A stretch of 64,000 nt of DNA from Oculina patagonica (Eukaryota): the NCBI RefSeq assembly GCF_052425735.1, contig NC_135759.1, positions 37,758,001-37,822,000 on the forward strand, given 5' to 3'. This document shows, piece after piece, positions 10,023 through 20,118 of the stretch. A model generated the notes under the pieces. The model saw only the letters and a program-made list of their open reading frames with translations. It searched no databases and was not told where the DNA came from. The translations under genes were made by a program, and so were the position numbers. Positions within the stretch are counted from its first letter, which is position 1, and every line of letters starts with the position of its first letter.

Positions 10023-13000
10023 TTTTTTAAATTTTTTTTAAAAATTTCTTTTAAAAAAAATATCTTTTTTGTGTTATTTTTTTTTTTTTTTTTTTTTTTT
10101 ATTACACATCCTCCTTTTTTTCTTACTCCTCCTTCTTCTTTTTTAGCGTTTCTAAGGAGTACTGTTGTTAATTCTTCACAGGGTCGACCAGGCTCAGATC
10201 ATTCATCAAATCGATCATACAGAATGACCCTCGAAGAACAGCGAGCCATTCAAGAGGAGGTCAGGAACACGGGGATTGCCGAGGCCGGTGATAAAGTACA
10301 GGTACTGCGCGATGAAAAAGCTGCAGACAAAGTTGTGCCAGGAGTTGGCCCGCCGGTGCCTGGAAGAGACAGTGGATTCTGTAGCGAGCAGGATCAGCTT
10401 GCACAGCAGGGACAAGGTGGGTAGAAATTAAAACCTGTGCCTCCTTACAGCAAACTTGATTAGTAGTGATGAGGTTTTTTTTGTCCCCGCGGAGGGTTTC
10501 TGTTCGCAGCATCAGCTTTTGCAAATTGGCTACGGTAATTTTCTTCGTCAACTTCCTAATTTATCCCATTTTGTGGCACACAGTAAGAATATATTCTTTT
10601 TTTTTTCAACTCTTAAACTGACAAAAGTCATGAGAAACTGCACTTAGACTTTGAACGAATAAGTGAAGAGCTGTCAAAACTTGAGGTCATTCCTCATCAT
10701 AGGTACTATTGACACAAAATAATAGTGCTTTATCCACGTAATAAACGATGCTTAACAAGTACAGGTGTATTAGTAGATATTTAGCGTTTTCTGTTAGAAA
10801 TCCGAGAATCTATTTTTTTTTTTCGCTGATAGAAAAACGATTGCGGGCGTTGCACATGAAAAGAAAACTTATCCTTTTTTTAGTGAACTGCAGTCCTTTG
10901 GCGTGTCTAATGAAACAAAATTTAGGACTACATGCACTCATTTTCTATGAGCGATAATCAACGTGTTTGCGCTTTGTTTAACATTCGTGTATAGAACCTT
11001 GGGCTCGTGGTCTAATGACTAGTTGTGTTTTTGTAACGTGTGTGGTTTGCTTAATTAAAGTAAACACTGTTCTCATCGTACCTTTCTGACATTTGATCAA
11101 CAGGCCTGGTAGCTGATGGTTTAACAAGTAACACACTGACGCAGGCGGAACCACTAACCACAAAAGACATCGCCAATGCAGAACCCCCTGTAGAGAAACC
11201 ACCTGTGACGTCATTACAAAGCATTAAGCCAACACCGACCCAGACCCAGACCTCCAGCAAACCTGCTGCGGAGCCTTACAAGCCTGTTAATCTGAACCCA
11301 GCGGAAGACACCAGGCATGTCAATCAACCGTTGCCTACCAACAGAGAAATGCATGTCAATCAGCCGTTGCCTACCAACAGAGAAAGACCAATCATGTGCG
11401 CTGCTCCTCAGGATATAAGAAGTAGTCAAGACGCGAGAAACCGTCATGGTGGCGAGGCGGGTACCCACAGGAGAAGTCTTACCAGGAGTGTCAGCCAATC
11501 GAGTCTGGAAGCCATCTGTTACTCACCACACGATGCTTTGGATGGCTTGGAGACGTCCAGCGTGGTTAGTTTTGCCAGCACCGCCGCGACTCACCACGAT
11601 CTCGATACGCGAATTGACATGGTCCAGTCGCTGTTATCCATGTTAGGTACCCATGATAAAGATGACATGTCAAGGACTTTGTTAGCCATGTCTAACAGCA
11701 AGGACAGCTGTGCAGCCATGCGGCAATCAGGCTGTCTACCGCTACTTATTGACCTGCTCCACGGCAAAGATTTAACGGACAAGAACGCGCGTCGCGAGGC
11801 ACGCGCGCGTGCAGGTCTCGCATTACACAACATCGTTTATTCGAACGTGGAAGATAGGCGCGGTCGACGCGAGGTTCGAGTTTTAAGGCTGCTGGAAATT
11901 GCACGTGCTCACTGCGACGTTGTGCAGTTCAAAGGTTTCCCAGTGCATCCGTGCGCGGAACGTTGGTATCCACCCCTGATGGATTATGGGCCGGCTCCTG
12001 CTATTGCCGCGCTTATGAAGCTATCGTTTGAAGAAGATCATCGCACGGCCATTTGTGAGCTTGGTGGACTTCAAGCTATTGCGGAACTCGTCCAAATTGA
12101 TCACCAAGTTAACGAGCAGTGCAAAGACTTTTACAGCCTCAGTCTGCGCAAGTATGTGGGCATGACAATAACAAACCTGACTTTTGGCAACACCAAGAAC
12201 AAAAACTTGTTATGCAGCATTCCAGGCGCTGTTGATGCCATCATTGCTCAACTGTACACTGTTGAAGAAGAGGAGATCGTCCAAGTCTCTGCTAGCGTGC
12301 TTAGAAATCTCTCCTGGAGAGCTGACGAACTTTGTCGCAAGACATTACGTGATGCAGGTGCAATAAAAGCGTTGCTATCTTCGGCCCAAGCGGTGCACGG
12401 AGAGCCCGCCCTGAGAACGACCCTTAGTGCCCTGTGGAACCTTTCAGCTCATTGTTCAGATAACAAGGCGGAGATCTGTGCATCACCTGGTGCCCTGAAG
12501 TTCCTTGTCAAGTGTCTTAACTATTCCAGTCCCACGGGTAACATCTCTGTGGTTGAGAGTAGCGGAGGGATTCTGAGAAATCTTTCCTCTCACATCGCCG
12601 TGCGACCAGACTACCGCAAGACCCTTCGTGACTGTGGCTGCTTTCAAATCATGCTGTCTCATCTCCGCTCGCCAAGCTTGAGAGTGGTCAGTAATGTGTG
12701 TGGTGCCTTGTGGAACCTGTCAGCTAGGTGCGTGGAGGATCAAGAGTTACTCTGGGAACTTGGAGCCGTGTCCCTGCTCAAGTCTCTTATCAACTCCAAG
12801 CACAAAGCAATCGCCACTGCTTCAGCTGCGGCTCTACGCAACTTGATGACTGTGAAGCCAGGAAGTTCCACGGACAACGAGTCGGTTTCTTCCAGAGCTG
12901 CCAGACACTATCGGAGCATGCCCGCAAACATGCGATCAGCGGACGCTCAGGCTAGGATTAAAAGTGACGCAGCAAGAGTCAGGAATCGTTCCCCAAGATC

Positions 13001-14441
13001 CCAGTCACCATTGCTCCCTGGCCAGGTTACCCAACAGCCCCAAACGGTACGCCAGGCTGCTAAGGCAGATTACGAAGCTGCCATTTACTCTCAGCATGGA
13101 AATGCGGCAAGTAACATCCAACCAGGCTTGGTTACCCAGCCGTTACACCCCCACGGCCAGGTCACTAAGCAGACCGAAGATTGCAGTTCACAGCCGTTCC
13201 CCCATGCAGGCCAAGCTGCTGTCATACCAGTGACCAGGCAGGACATCGACGCAGCCGCCGCACATCCTCAACAGTCAGGAAGAAAGAAGAATGGTTCGTC
13301 AGCCTCTCTCGCTCACTCAAGCTCCAGCTCCAACCATGGCGCCGTCCAGGAGGTGGAACCCAGTCCTTCCCTCTTGCGTAGCAGGTCAGATGTTGGACCC
13401 AGGGCTCTTGCGGGCAGGCAGAGGAGAGCTAAGGCGCGTGCAACTGATTCAAACAGTATTGGAAGTGGTGCTTCGATCGACGGTAGACACACGGCGCATT
13501 TGAAATGGAGTCAGAGCAATGATTCATTGTCCAAACATCGTCGTCAGCCTCGCAGGGACGCCACCACAAAGCAAAACTACGAAAGACTTGATGGCGACCC
13601 TCGCTACTGTGGACCAAAAATGGACAAAAACCAACATTCTCGATCTTCTAGTGATGGTTGTGCGGTAATTCCACTGTTGTGTGACTCGTACCCGTTACAT
13701 GTGTCACACAAACCCAAGAGAGGTGACAGTTCAAAAGACAAGAGTACGGCTGAGGCTTCGGTTTTGTCCAGGATAAGAAGTGTAGCACACAGGAACATGG
13801 AAGCAGGAAGCGGACACTCTCAGCAGGGCGACAGCACTTCCCTGGTGTCTCCGTCTACAGCTCGGCGGCTCAACCAATGGACTAGCGCTTCCCCTGGGGA
13901 GACCTACGAGTTGGCGGAGTTTGGTCCTCAAGAGACAAGAATGTGCCAGGCACCAGATCAGCCCAGTACCTCCGCGGCTCGATCCAGCTCCAGTACCGCG
14001 CGTCCTAACCAGAGGCACACAACACAAAAGTTCAAATCATACCGTGACTCAGACAGCGACCCAGACTCGGAGATGGAGTCCGAGGAAGAACGACACCTGC
14101 TCGGCCATCCTGGGAAGACGTCGGACTATCCCGAGGCAAGCAATGCGTGGATTCAAAAGGGAAAACCCGAGCTACATTCACCTCGTTCCGCGGACACAGC
14201 AAGCGTGACCTCGTCAACATGCAGCTGCGATCAAGAACAGAATGTGTGGATTCGCCGTCCGCATTCCAAAGGTGTTGCGTGCGGGAATTGCAGTCGTACT
14301 GTCAAGGGCTCAGACAAATACAACGCTAAGAAAACTATGGTAAAAAGTAGGCGGGACTCAACTGATTCACCAATATCTAGTCCCAGCTCCCGTCGCGTGT
14401 TCAGAACCACGTCTGGACGCGAACAGCAAAAAGAACTCTGA
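537..14441 (+). CDS. APC: APC (adenomatous polyposis coli)-like protein, 11 exons, ~1557 aa
   Basis: Predicted exons: 537-555, 2502-2556, 3501-3573, 5187-5510/5511, 6352-6480, 6621-6755, 7292-7423, 8143-8262, 8963-9076, 10182-10416, 11104-14441. Junctions are GT-AG and phases are compatible except for a 1-nt discrepancy at the exon-4 donor. The last exon contains SLLSMLGTHDKDDMSRTLLAMS...SGCLPLLI and ARM repeats (LMKLSFEEDHR, TNLTFG, LRNLSWRAD, ALWNLSAHC, GALWNLSAR), diagnostic of APC. Joining the upstream exons to the ARM exon is inferred. Confidence 0.85.
1437..1660. mobile_element. Degenerate palindromic MITE
   Basis: Imperfect terminal inverted repeats (AAGC..CCAAAC..GATGAGAG) and internal ATGAGAG/CTCTCAT repeats. 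Confidence 0.55.
1853..2087. mobile_element. MITE with 6-bp TSD (AATTCA)
   Basis: TIRs GATGGCAGCGAAGGG / CCCCTTGCTACCCTC; AATTCA at 1847-1852 and 2088-2093. Confidence 0.7.
2502..2556 (+). CDS. APC: APC-like exon 2 (DEDFFDRNIDQLDVRETP)
   Basis: ttttcAG acceptor, GTAAGT donor, open frame. Confidence 0.65.
2710..3127. mobile_element. MITE with 6-bp TSD (TTTGAT)
   Basis: TIRs GAGGCCCTGCCAG / CTGGCAGGGCCTC; TTTGAT on both flanks. A related copy is at 52545-52748. Confidence 0.8.
3501..3573 (+). CDS. APC: APC-like exon 3 (IWELSEEEESAGSDVETLVNQQQTA)
   Basis: tttgcAG acceptor, GTAAGT donor, phase 2 to 0. Confidence 0.7.
4014..4671 (-). mobile_element. Tandem array (~3 x 240 bp) of a tRNA-derived Pol III repeat with 13-bp TSD
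   Basis: On the - strand each unit has an A-box (TAGCTCAGTTGG), a B-box (GGTTCGAATCC) and a CCTGAA-T(n)-CAGG hairpin. TGTGTTCATTGTG lies at 4001-4013 and 4672-4684. Confidence 0.8.
5187..5511 (+). CDS. APC: APC-like exon 4 (KKKPNNQVPILEMAQRS...ERSDSVK)
   Basis: ttttAG acceptor in frame with ORF 5223-5540. Ends in DSVK like the following repeat exons. The donor GT at 5512 is 1 nt off the required phase. Confidence 0.65.
6352..6480 (+). CDS. APC: APC-like repeat exon A (DFGASE...PVWEEDDVDSVK)
   Basis: AG/GTAACG boundaries, 129 nt, phase 0-0. Confidence 0.8.
6621..6755 (+). CDS. APC: APC-like repeat exon B (DFTGND...PPLWHDDEVDSVR)
   Basis: ttttcAG/GTGAGG boundaries, 135 nt, phase 0-0. Confidence 0.8.
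7292..7423 (+). CDS. APC: APC-like repeat exon C (DFSRVS...PPWNEEDDGPVR)
   Basis: tttcAG/GTGGGT boundaries, 132 nt, phase 0-0. Confidence 0.8.
8143..8262 (+). CDS. APC: APC-like repeat exon D (PFVTDE...PPPWHEEDDDSTR)
   Basis: ttgcAG/GTGAGT boundaries, 120 nt, phase 0-0. Confidence 0.8.
8963..9076 (+). CDS. APC: APC-like repeat exon E (DFAAQY...PPWMEDERQSLG)
   Basis: tccAG/GTAAGT boundaries, 114 nt, phase 0-0. Confidence 0.8.
9231..9730. mobile_element. MITE, CAGGG termini (hAT-like), 5-bp TSD AAATC
   Basis: TIR CAGGGCTCAAGACTAAC / GTTAGTCTCAAGCCCTG; internal ACTAGCC/GGCTAGT repeats. Confidence 0.8.
10182..10416 (+). CDS. APC: APC-like exon 10 (GRPGSDH...RDSGFCSE...QGQ)
   Basis: cacAG acceptor, GTGGGT donor; phase 0 to 1 fits the terminal exon. 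Confidence 0.8.
11104..14441 (+). CDS. APC: APC terminal coding exon: ARM domain (~11607-12849) plus Ser-rich C-terminal tail
   Basis: ORF 11205-14441 extends in frame to an AG acceptor at 11102-11103. Strong APC armadillo signature. Stop TGA at 14439-14441. Confidence 0.96.
11315..11385 (+). repeat. 36-bp coding tandem duplication (HVNQPLPTNRE x2)
   Basis: Two near-identical copies within the APC terminal exon. Confidence 0.9.
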
Positions 14442-14612
14442 TCCGAGCAAGAGAGGAGTTAAAGTCACGTCGCTCTGAACTTCACTTTACGGTGTAATTA
14501 CGATGGAAAAATCATTGCGATACGAAGGACACGACAGAACAGGGAACGTTAAGATAAAAAGACTTACTTTAAGCCTTATCCTTAGCTAGCTAAAATTGCT
14601 TAACCCTTAAAA

Positions 14613-14835
14613 AGAGCGGCTTTCGAAAGGCTTTCCATTTTTCCATTGTGTTTATTGAGCGAAGTGATTGGCTCATGAAATTCCGTGCTGGATACTGTAA
14701 CAAATTAGAGCAGAGATTTTCTCTCGTAAGCCAATCCGGGGCGAATTCAAAACTGTACGCGAGGTTTAGCGTGATTTGATTGGTTAATCGTATGGTCGTG
14801 TACCATAGTGTGTCTCGTCATTTGAAAGCCGCTTT
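14613..14835. mobile_element. Degenerate MITE (AGAGCGG-TTTC termini) in the putative APC 3' UTR
   Basis: AGAGCGGCTTTCGAA ... TTGAAAGCCGCTTT with internal GATTGG/CCAATC motifs; same style as 38346-38627. Confidence 0.55.
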
Positions 14836-15497
14836 ATAAAGCCTAGTACAAGCACAACCGCTGATATAAGTGTCACAGGTCAAAATATTAGTCTTCACCT
14901 ATCGGTGGAAGGCAAGTTTGAACAAGGTTGACCACTTTATCGAAAAGTTTCTTTTTTCGCCAACTCTGTGTTCTTTTGTTACTTGCTTCAATGCTATCCC
15001 TTGAATTCATCGCAACAAGTTCAAATTGGTGAATTATTTATCACTTGGGTTGAGAACAAAACAAATGTTGATATTTTTTGTATTTCATTAGGTAATCATT
15101 TGTTGGTATAATTGTAAAAATGGTGAACCGATCACCTGTACAGACGGCATTTAACTTTCATTGTGTTAATCACAAGGTCGCCAAGTGATACGTAATGTTG
15201 AAATTTACTTAAAACGTGTCAAACTGGGTTTGTCAGTGGTCACTCGGTATTTTAAAGAAGTTATGTCACGGTCAAAATTACGTTCAAATCGACAAGTAAA
15301 TTTAAAATAGTAGTTCATGTAGCTAGACAGTGATGCAAGAGTTCATGATAAAAAAAGAACAAGAATGATTTTGATTTGCTATTATGGACCAAGTGTTTTC
15401 TTTAGTTTTGTAGGTTTTCATTGTCCCAGTTGTTTTTGTTGTCAGAGGTATGTAGGAGGAGGGTGCACCAAGAACTAACTTGTTTTGACACGTCATT

Positions 15498-15507
15498 ATT
15501 AAATAAA
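15498..15507 (+). terminator. Candidate polyadenylation signal of APC (ATTAAA/AATAAA)
   Basis: Overlapping hexamers about 1.06 kb after the stop codon, followed by T-rich sequence. Confidence 0.4.
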
Positions 15508-15689
15508 ATATTTGTTTATTATATTTTGTGATTTAAAGCGACCAAAACAAAATGTTATTTTTTTGCAAAATTGAGTTCATGATGGTCATTGAGCCACCAA
15601 CATTTCATTAAAAATAATTTATCTATACCTCATGTGTTTATCTTTAGTTTGGAATCTCTTTTCTACGGGGCGATAATGACTTGAAATAT

Positions 15690-15974
15690 GAAGTCCGCGT
15701 CGGGCCAGTATCCAATCTTGCCAGAGCTTATCCCTGTTTTCTTCAAGAAAATTCCTACCCCCCCCCCCCTCTCCCCCAATCCGGATGGGACGGTAGGAAC
15801 CGTAGGGCTAACCCTTCCCCTCCCACTGCATTAAATCCACCCGTACCCATTTATACAACTGCAATGGTGGGAAGAGGCACTGATAGTTGAGTTGTTTGCC
15901 TTAAAACAACTGAGACAGCTGAATGAACCCAGACCGCTCGATCTACAGTCCACTATTAGGCCACCGCGCCTCCT
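15690..15974 (-). mobile_element. tRNA-headed SINE (degenerate)
   Basis: The - strand begins GGAGGCGCGGTGGCCTAATAG...CTGGGTTC. Related copies or fragments at 3200-3250, 32418-32585 (+), 52040-52288 (-) and 56430-56475. Confidence 0.65.
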
Positions 15975-16602
15975 ACAAACCTACTACTTGGGACTAATTT
16001 GTCAGCACTCTTGTTCACACACGAAAATGTCTACTCGCATAAAACGATCCCAACGTCCGCTTGATTATAACTGCCTAGTTTCTTAATCACTGAAGGAAAC
16101 AAAAAGAAGCATGGAAAGCCCCCTTTGTCAAGCTACTGCATTTAAGCTCCCTCTTGTTACAACCCCCCTTACAAGTCCGATTCACAGTTACGACATTCTT
16201 TTGTCAGTCCCCTCAAAATGAAAACAAAACCCTCAAATCTGATAAGTTATCATCAGGCGTTTAATAAATAAGGCTCCCGCTTCGCGGCTTCCAATCACTC
16301 GCAAGATTCCAGACAGAATTGAACTCCTTTTTAGGGCATTATCGCGACGACTTCAATTTAGACCTTTTTAGCTTCGTTTGTTTGTTGTCCCATTTCAAAT
16401 CATGTGGTACCCTTGAGAATTATTTATCTTAAATTAAAAAAAAAAACGTGGAAATGAATGAATGATTTTCAAATAGATAAAGGAAAAAATCTCTAGAAAA
16501 CATCACATGATTCAAATGGGCAATTTTCATACGAAGCTAAAAAGGTCTATTACTATCAAGAAAACTCGTTTCTTTGAAACAGTTTCATACGGAAACTCCC
16601 TA

Positions 16603-16866
16603 GTGGGGGGGGGGGGGGACAGGGGGGTCTGAACCTCCCGCACCTTTTACTCCCGCTTCCCGTACCTTTTACTCCCGCCTCCCGGCCCTTTCCGTAGCTG
16701 TTCTCTCCTGTTTGTTCCATGTCTATTGCGAAATATAATGAAATGTTACGAAATTTCACTCGTTTTCTCCCGGTTCCCGCCACCTTAAGAATCCCGCTTC
16801 CCGCCCTCTCTCCTCCCGCTTCCCGTCCCTTTTCTCCAGGGCTCCCGCCCCCCTTTCCCCCTCCAC
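16603..16866. mobile_element. MITE with 6-bp TSD (TCCCTA) and internal TCCCG repeats
   Basis: GTGGGGG... / ...CCCCTCCAC termini; TCCCTA at 16597-16602 and 16867-16872. Confidence 0.65.
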
Positions 16867-17437
16867 TCCCTAAGCATACTGCTGCAGTTTTCTTCGATTT
16901 GAACCAGAAAGATGAACAGATAAATCGCCACTGATTGAGCATTTTAGGGCAATTCAAAGAGATCACACTTTTCTTGAGGTGTTTTTTGATGTCAATACGA
17001 GTAGCAGGTTTTATCAAGTTTAAAACGCGAGGCGCAGCGAGTTTTTAGACTTGATAAACACGAACTGCGAATTTCTTGAACGGCTTCAAAATCTTCTGAT
17101 GCAGATCAACTCATTCTTGCACTAAAAGTTAGATTTAGGGTTATTTTGGCTTAGAAAATTGGACGCAAAGTTGAGCCGTGTCTTTATCAGATATAGACAC
17201 TCATTAAACATTAATTTCTTTCGTATTTTCTTTATGAATTATTAATGAGTTTTTGAATAAATGATAATTTTATTACATTTTAAACCAAAGTGATTTGGCC
17301 AACTATTTTAAAATAGCTGGCTAAAAAAAAATAAAATCCTGTTTCGAGAGTTCAAACTATTGCTATTAAAGGCAATAAATTATCATTTTATTTTTGTCAC
17401 GCTACCAGTCTGTAAAACAAGTACTTAAAACGACTCA

Positions 17438-17592
17438 NNNNNNNNNNNNNNNNNNNNNNNNNNNNNNNNNNNNNNNNNNNNNNNNNNNNNNNNNNNNNNN
17501 NNNNNNNNNNNNNNNNNNNNNNNNNNNNNNNNNNNNNNNNNNNNNNNNNNNNNNNNNNNNNNNNNNNNNNNNNNNNNNNNNNNNNNNNNNNN
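17438..17592. other. Assembly gap (155 N)
   Basis: Run of N. Confidence 1.
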
Positions 17593-17740
17593 CCAGGCCT
17601 GAACTGAGATTTTTCGATTCTTACTACCCAATTAGTATTTAAGTACCGGGATTTTTTTTCGCGTGGTGTCCAGTCCCGTCAGGTCGCTATCTGTGACCGA
17701 AAAGAGCCGAAGAATGAAGGAATCTAATCTTCCAATCTAG

Positions 17741-18600
17741 GGCCCCGTCCACACTGACCCGGGTAAATTTGAAAACGCCGCGTAAAATGTTTTCCTTCCA
17801 CATTAACCCGGGTAAATTTGAAAACGATACGCTTCATTAGTAAGTAAAAGTAAAAGTAAAGTCTTTATTTAACGAGGGTAGCACTAAAATAACATAAAAA
17901 ATACTAACAAACCAGTGGCCCTCTAAAATTATGTACAATAAAATACTAGTAATACGTGACTCGCAGGGCCTCGCGAAGCTCTGGGTTGGGGAGGCGGGGG
18001 GGGGGGGGTGGTGTTATAAATAAGGAGTGGATTATTTGAAGTTGAACATTGTACATATTCAATTTTCCACAGTAAGCAGGAAGATATATTTGTTAAAAAT
18101 TAGTAACGGGCATGGCCGCGACACCCTCGTTCCCAGGGTCTACTCCGCTTTGAAGATGGCGGCTCTTTCAGGTTCGTAAAGAGGTATAAAGCGTTGGGAA
18201 GCGCAGGCTATTTTCAAAATCATCGACAAATTATTGGATAGTCGCAGTTTGGACATTTATTTGAGGGCATTAAGAAAAAAAGAAGAACGAACGGCAGGAG
18301 GATTCGAACCCTCCGCCCGCGCGCCCCTGATGGCGATGAAAGGTTTATAGCCTGAATAGGTGTTGAGGGAGTATTATGTGGAAATCAGTGTTATTTTAAT
18401 CCGAAAAGAAAAACGATAAAAATGAAAGGCTCAGGATTCGAACCCACAAAAAAAATAAGGAAAAAAAAAAAAAAAAAACCCTAGCCGGATTCGAACCCGC
18501 GCCCTCAGTCCCGAAGATCTGATTTCAAGTTCGACGCCTTACCATTAGGCCACCAGCGCGCGGCGGCCGTGTGACGTCATTTCCGCCAGACACCAAGCTC

Positions 18601-18638
<38 letters not shown>

Positions 18639-18903
18639 GACCGTAAACTCCACACGAGATTTCATCCCGCCTGAGCCCTTTGAGGGACAAAATTATACAC
18701 CCCGCTACGCTCGGCCTTCGGCCTCGCTTCGCGAGGAATAAAAATACACTATTTCACGCTCCAAGTCCAAACGCTCATTGGTAAGCGTTTTTGAAAAGCT
18801 CCGTTTTCGGTGACCGAAAACGCCGTTTCAGTGTGGACGGTTGGCCTAACCGGAGAAAAAAAGATGCGTTTTTAAATTTACCCGGGTCAGTGTGGACGGG
18901 GCC
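17741..18903. mobile_element. PIF/Harbinger-like non-autonomous element with nested insertions
   Basis: ~38-bp TIR GGCCCCGTCCACACTGACCCGGGTAAATTT(G/A)AAAACGC; 3-bp TSD TAG. Confidence 0.85.
18479..18554 (-). pseudogene. tRNA-derived sequence (Ser-TGA-like loop, long variable arm) inside a repeat
   Basis: GGTGGCCTAATGGTAAGGCG...CTTGAAA...GGGTTCGAATCC has A and B boxes, but the anticodon and acceptor stems pair poorly. Confidence 0.5.
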
Positions 18904-19878
18904 TAGATGGCACGAGCTCTCCGAAAACTCTCGCGTCAATATGTCGACAATATGCCGCGTTGCTTGCAGCCACATAAACTCTAGGCAGAAGACATTGATT
19001 TTTATTTTACTGACTGGCACGAGCGGTTTATTCTCTATGCTGTGGAGAGAAAAGTATTCTAACTACATGGGATACATTGTACTTGGCGGTTAGGTTGCGT
19101 TCTTTCTTGCCCTAAGAAAGTACGATTCATAATAATCGTTTCTTGGTCCCAAATACTAAATCAGTACTTAACAGGCCAAATACACCGGTAAACCCCAGCG
19201 CGGTAGTTGGGGGAGAGCGAAAAACGCGGACGAGCGAGGAAAAAAGAGGGGGGCGAAGGCTTGCTCAAGAGCATTTCAAAGTCGACAATATAACAATCTA
19301 CCTGCAAAAATACCCATTTAGTGATCAACAGACAAATAATAGGCCTTAACCTAATTTTCTATCATTAGGAAAGACATCTGAAGTAAATTTAATAAAAACG
19401 CCAAATTTTTTTATTCTCCTAAGCTAGTTTTATGTAGACTCGTCACGCAATCTTTTCCTCCTCTACGAAAAAAGCTTGTGTGACGAGGCCAAGGAGCGAT
19501 CTGCCTAGGACACTTCCCTCATACTGTCTTTTAATTCCTTTGAAGTTTGCGTCTACAATGTACGGCTAATAAACTGGTAGTCAGCGTTATAAAGCTAATG
19601 TATTAACCCGTTCTTACGATATGCTCCGAGCCAAACATACTCTGATTGTATCCTATGCTAGTTATTAATGTTCATAATCAGCGGAACGCCGTATAAATAT
19701 AAAACGTTCTCTGTTATACTTGGGGAGGGGAGGGGGGGGGGGGATACGTTGGGGTGTCCGACTATGCCCGTTTATGGAAGCCGGTTATTTCCTCGGATAT
19801 TGTTTATATAATTCGAAATGTATAATTTAAGTAATTTTGTATACATCTATTTTATAATAATACAAATTCATTTGCTCG

Positions 19879-20118
19879 TTAAGCGACGATCGCCAATGCT
19901 CTGTTGTTTGGAAAAAGCTGTCGGACAAGCTTTACTACAAACTGCGGTGCTTCCATCAGAGAGTGCAGTGGATTAGCTATGAACGAATGGGCTTCCATTA
20001 TATTCTCTGCTAGACTGGAGTACTGCTTGTTAACACGAAGAGATTCCAAATTACTCAGAGCTTGTTCAGCTTCAGCAGTAGAGGAGACAATGCGCCCACC
20101 AGGAGCTAACTGTTTGGA
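19879..20118 (-). CDS. EPG5: EPG5 last coding exon (...[16 protein letters not shown]...[13 protein letters not shown])
   Basis: Resembles the EPG5 C-terminus; stop TAA at 19879-19881. Confidence 0.9.
   Translation of the reverse strand, partial: SKQLAPGGRIVSSTAEAEQALSNLESLRVNKQYSSLAENIMEAHSFIANPLHSLMEAPQFVVKLVRQLFPNNRALAIVA

Noticed and set aside
9880-10140. Very long T/A tracts (also 39890-39965 and 55365-55435)
   Set aside because: Typical homopolymer-associated consensus noise; no functional inference is possible.
14427-14441. C-terminal QKEL as a KDEL-like ER retention signal
   Set aside because: No signal peptide; APC is cytosolic.
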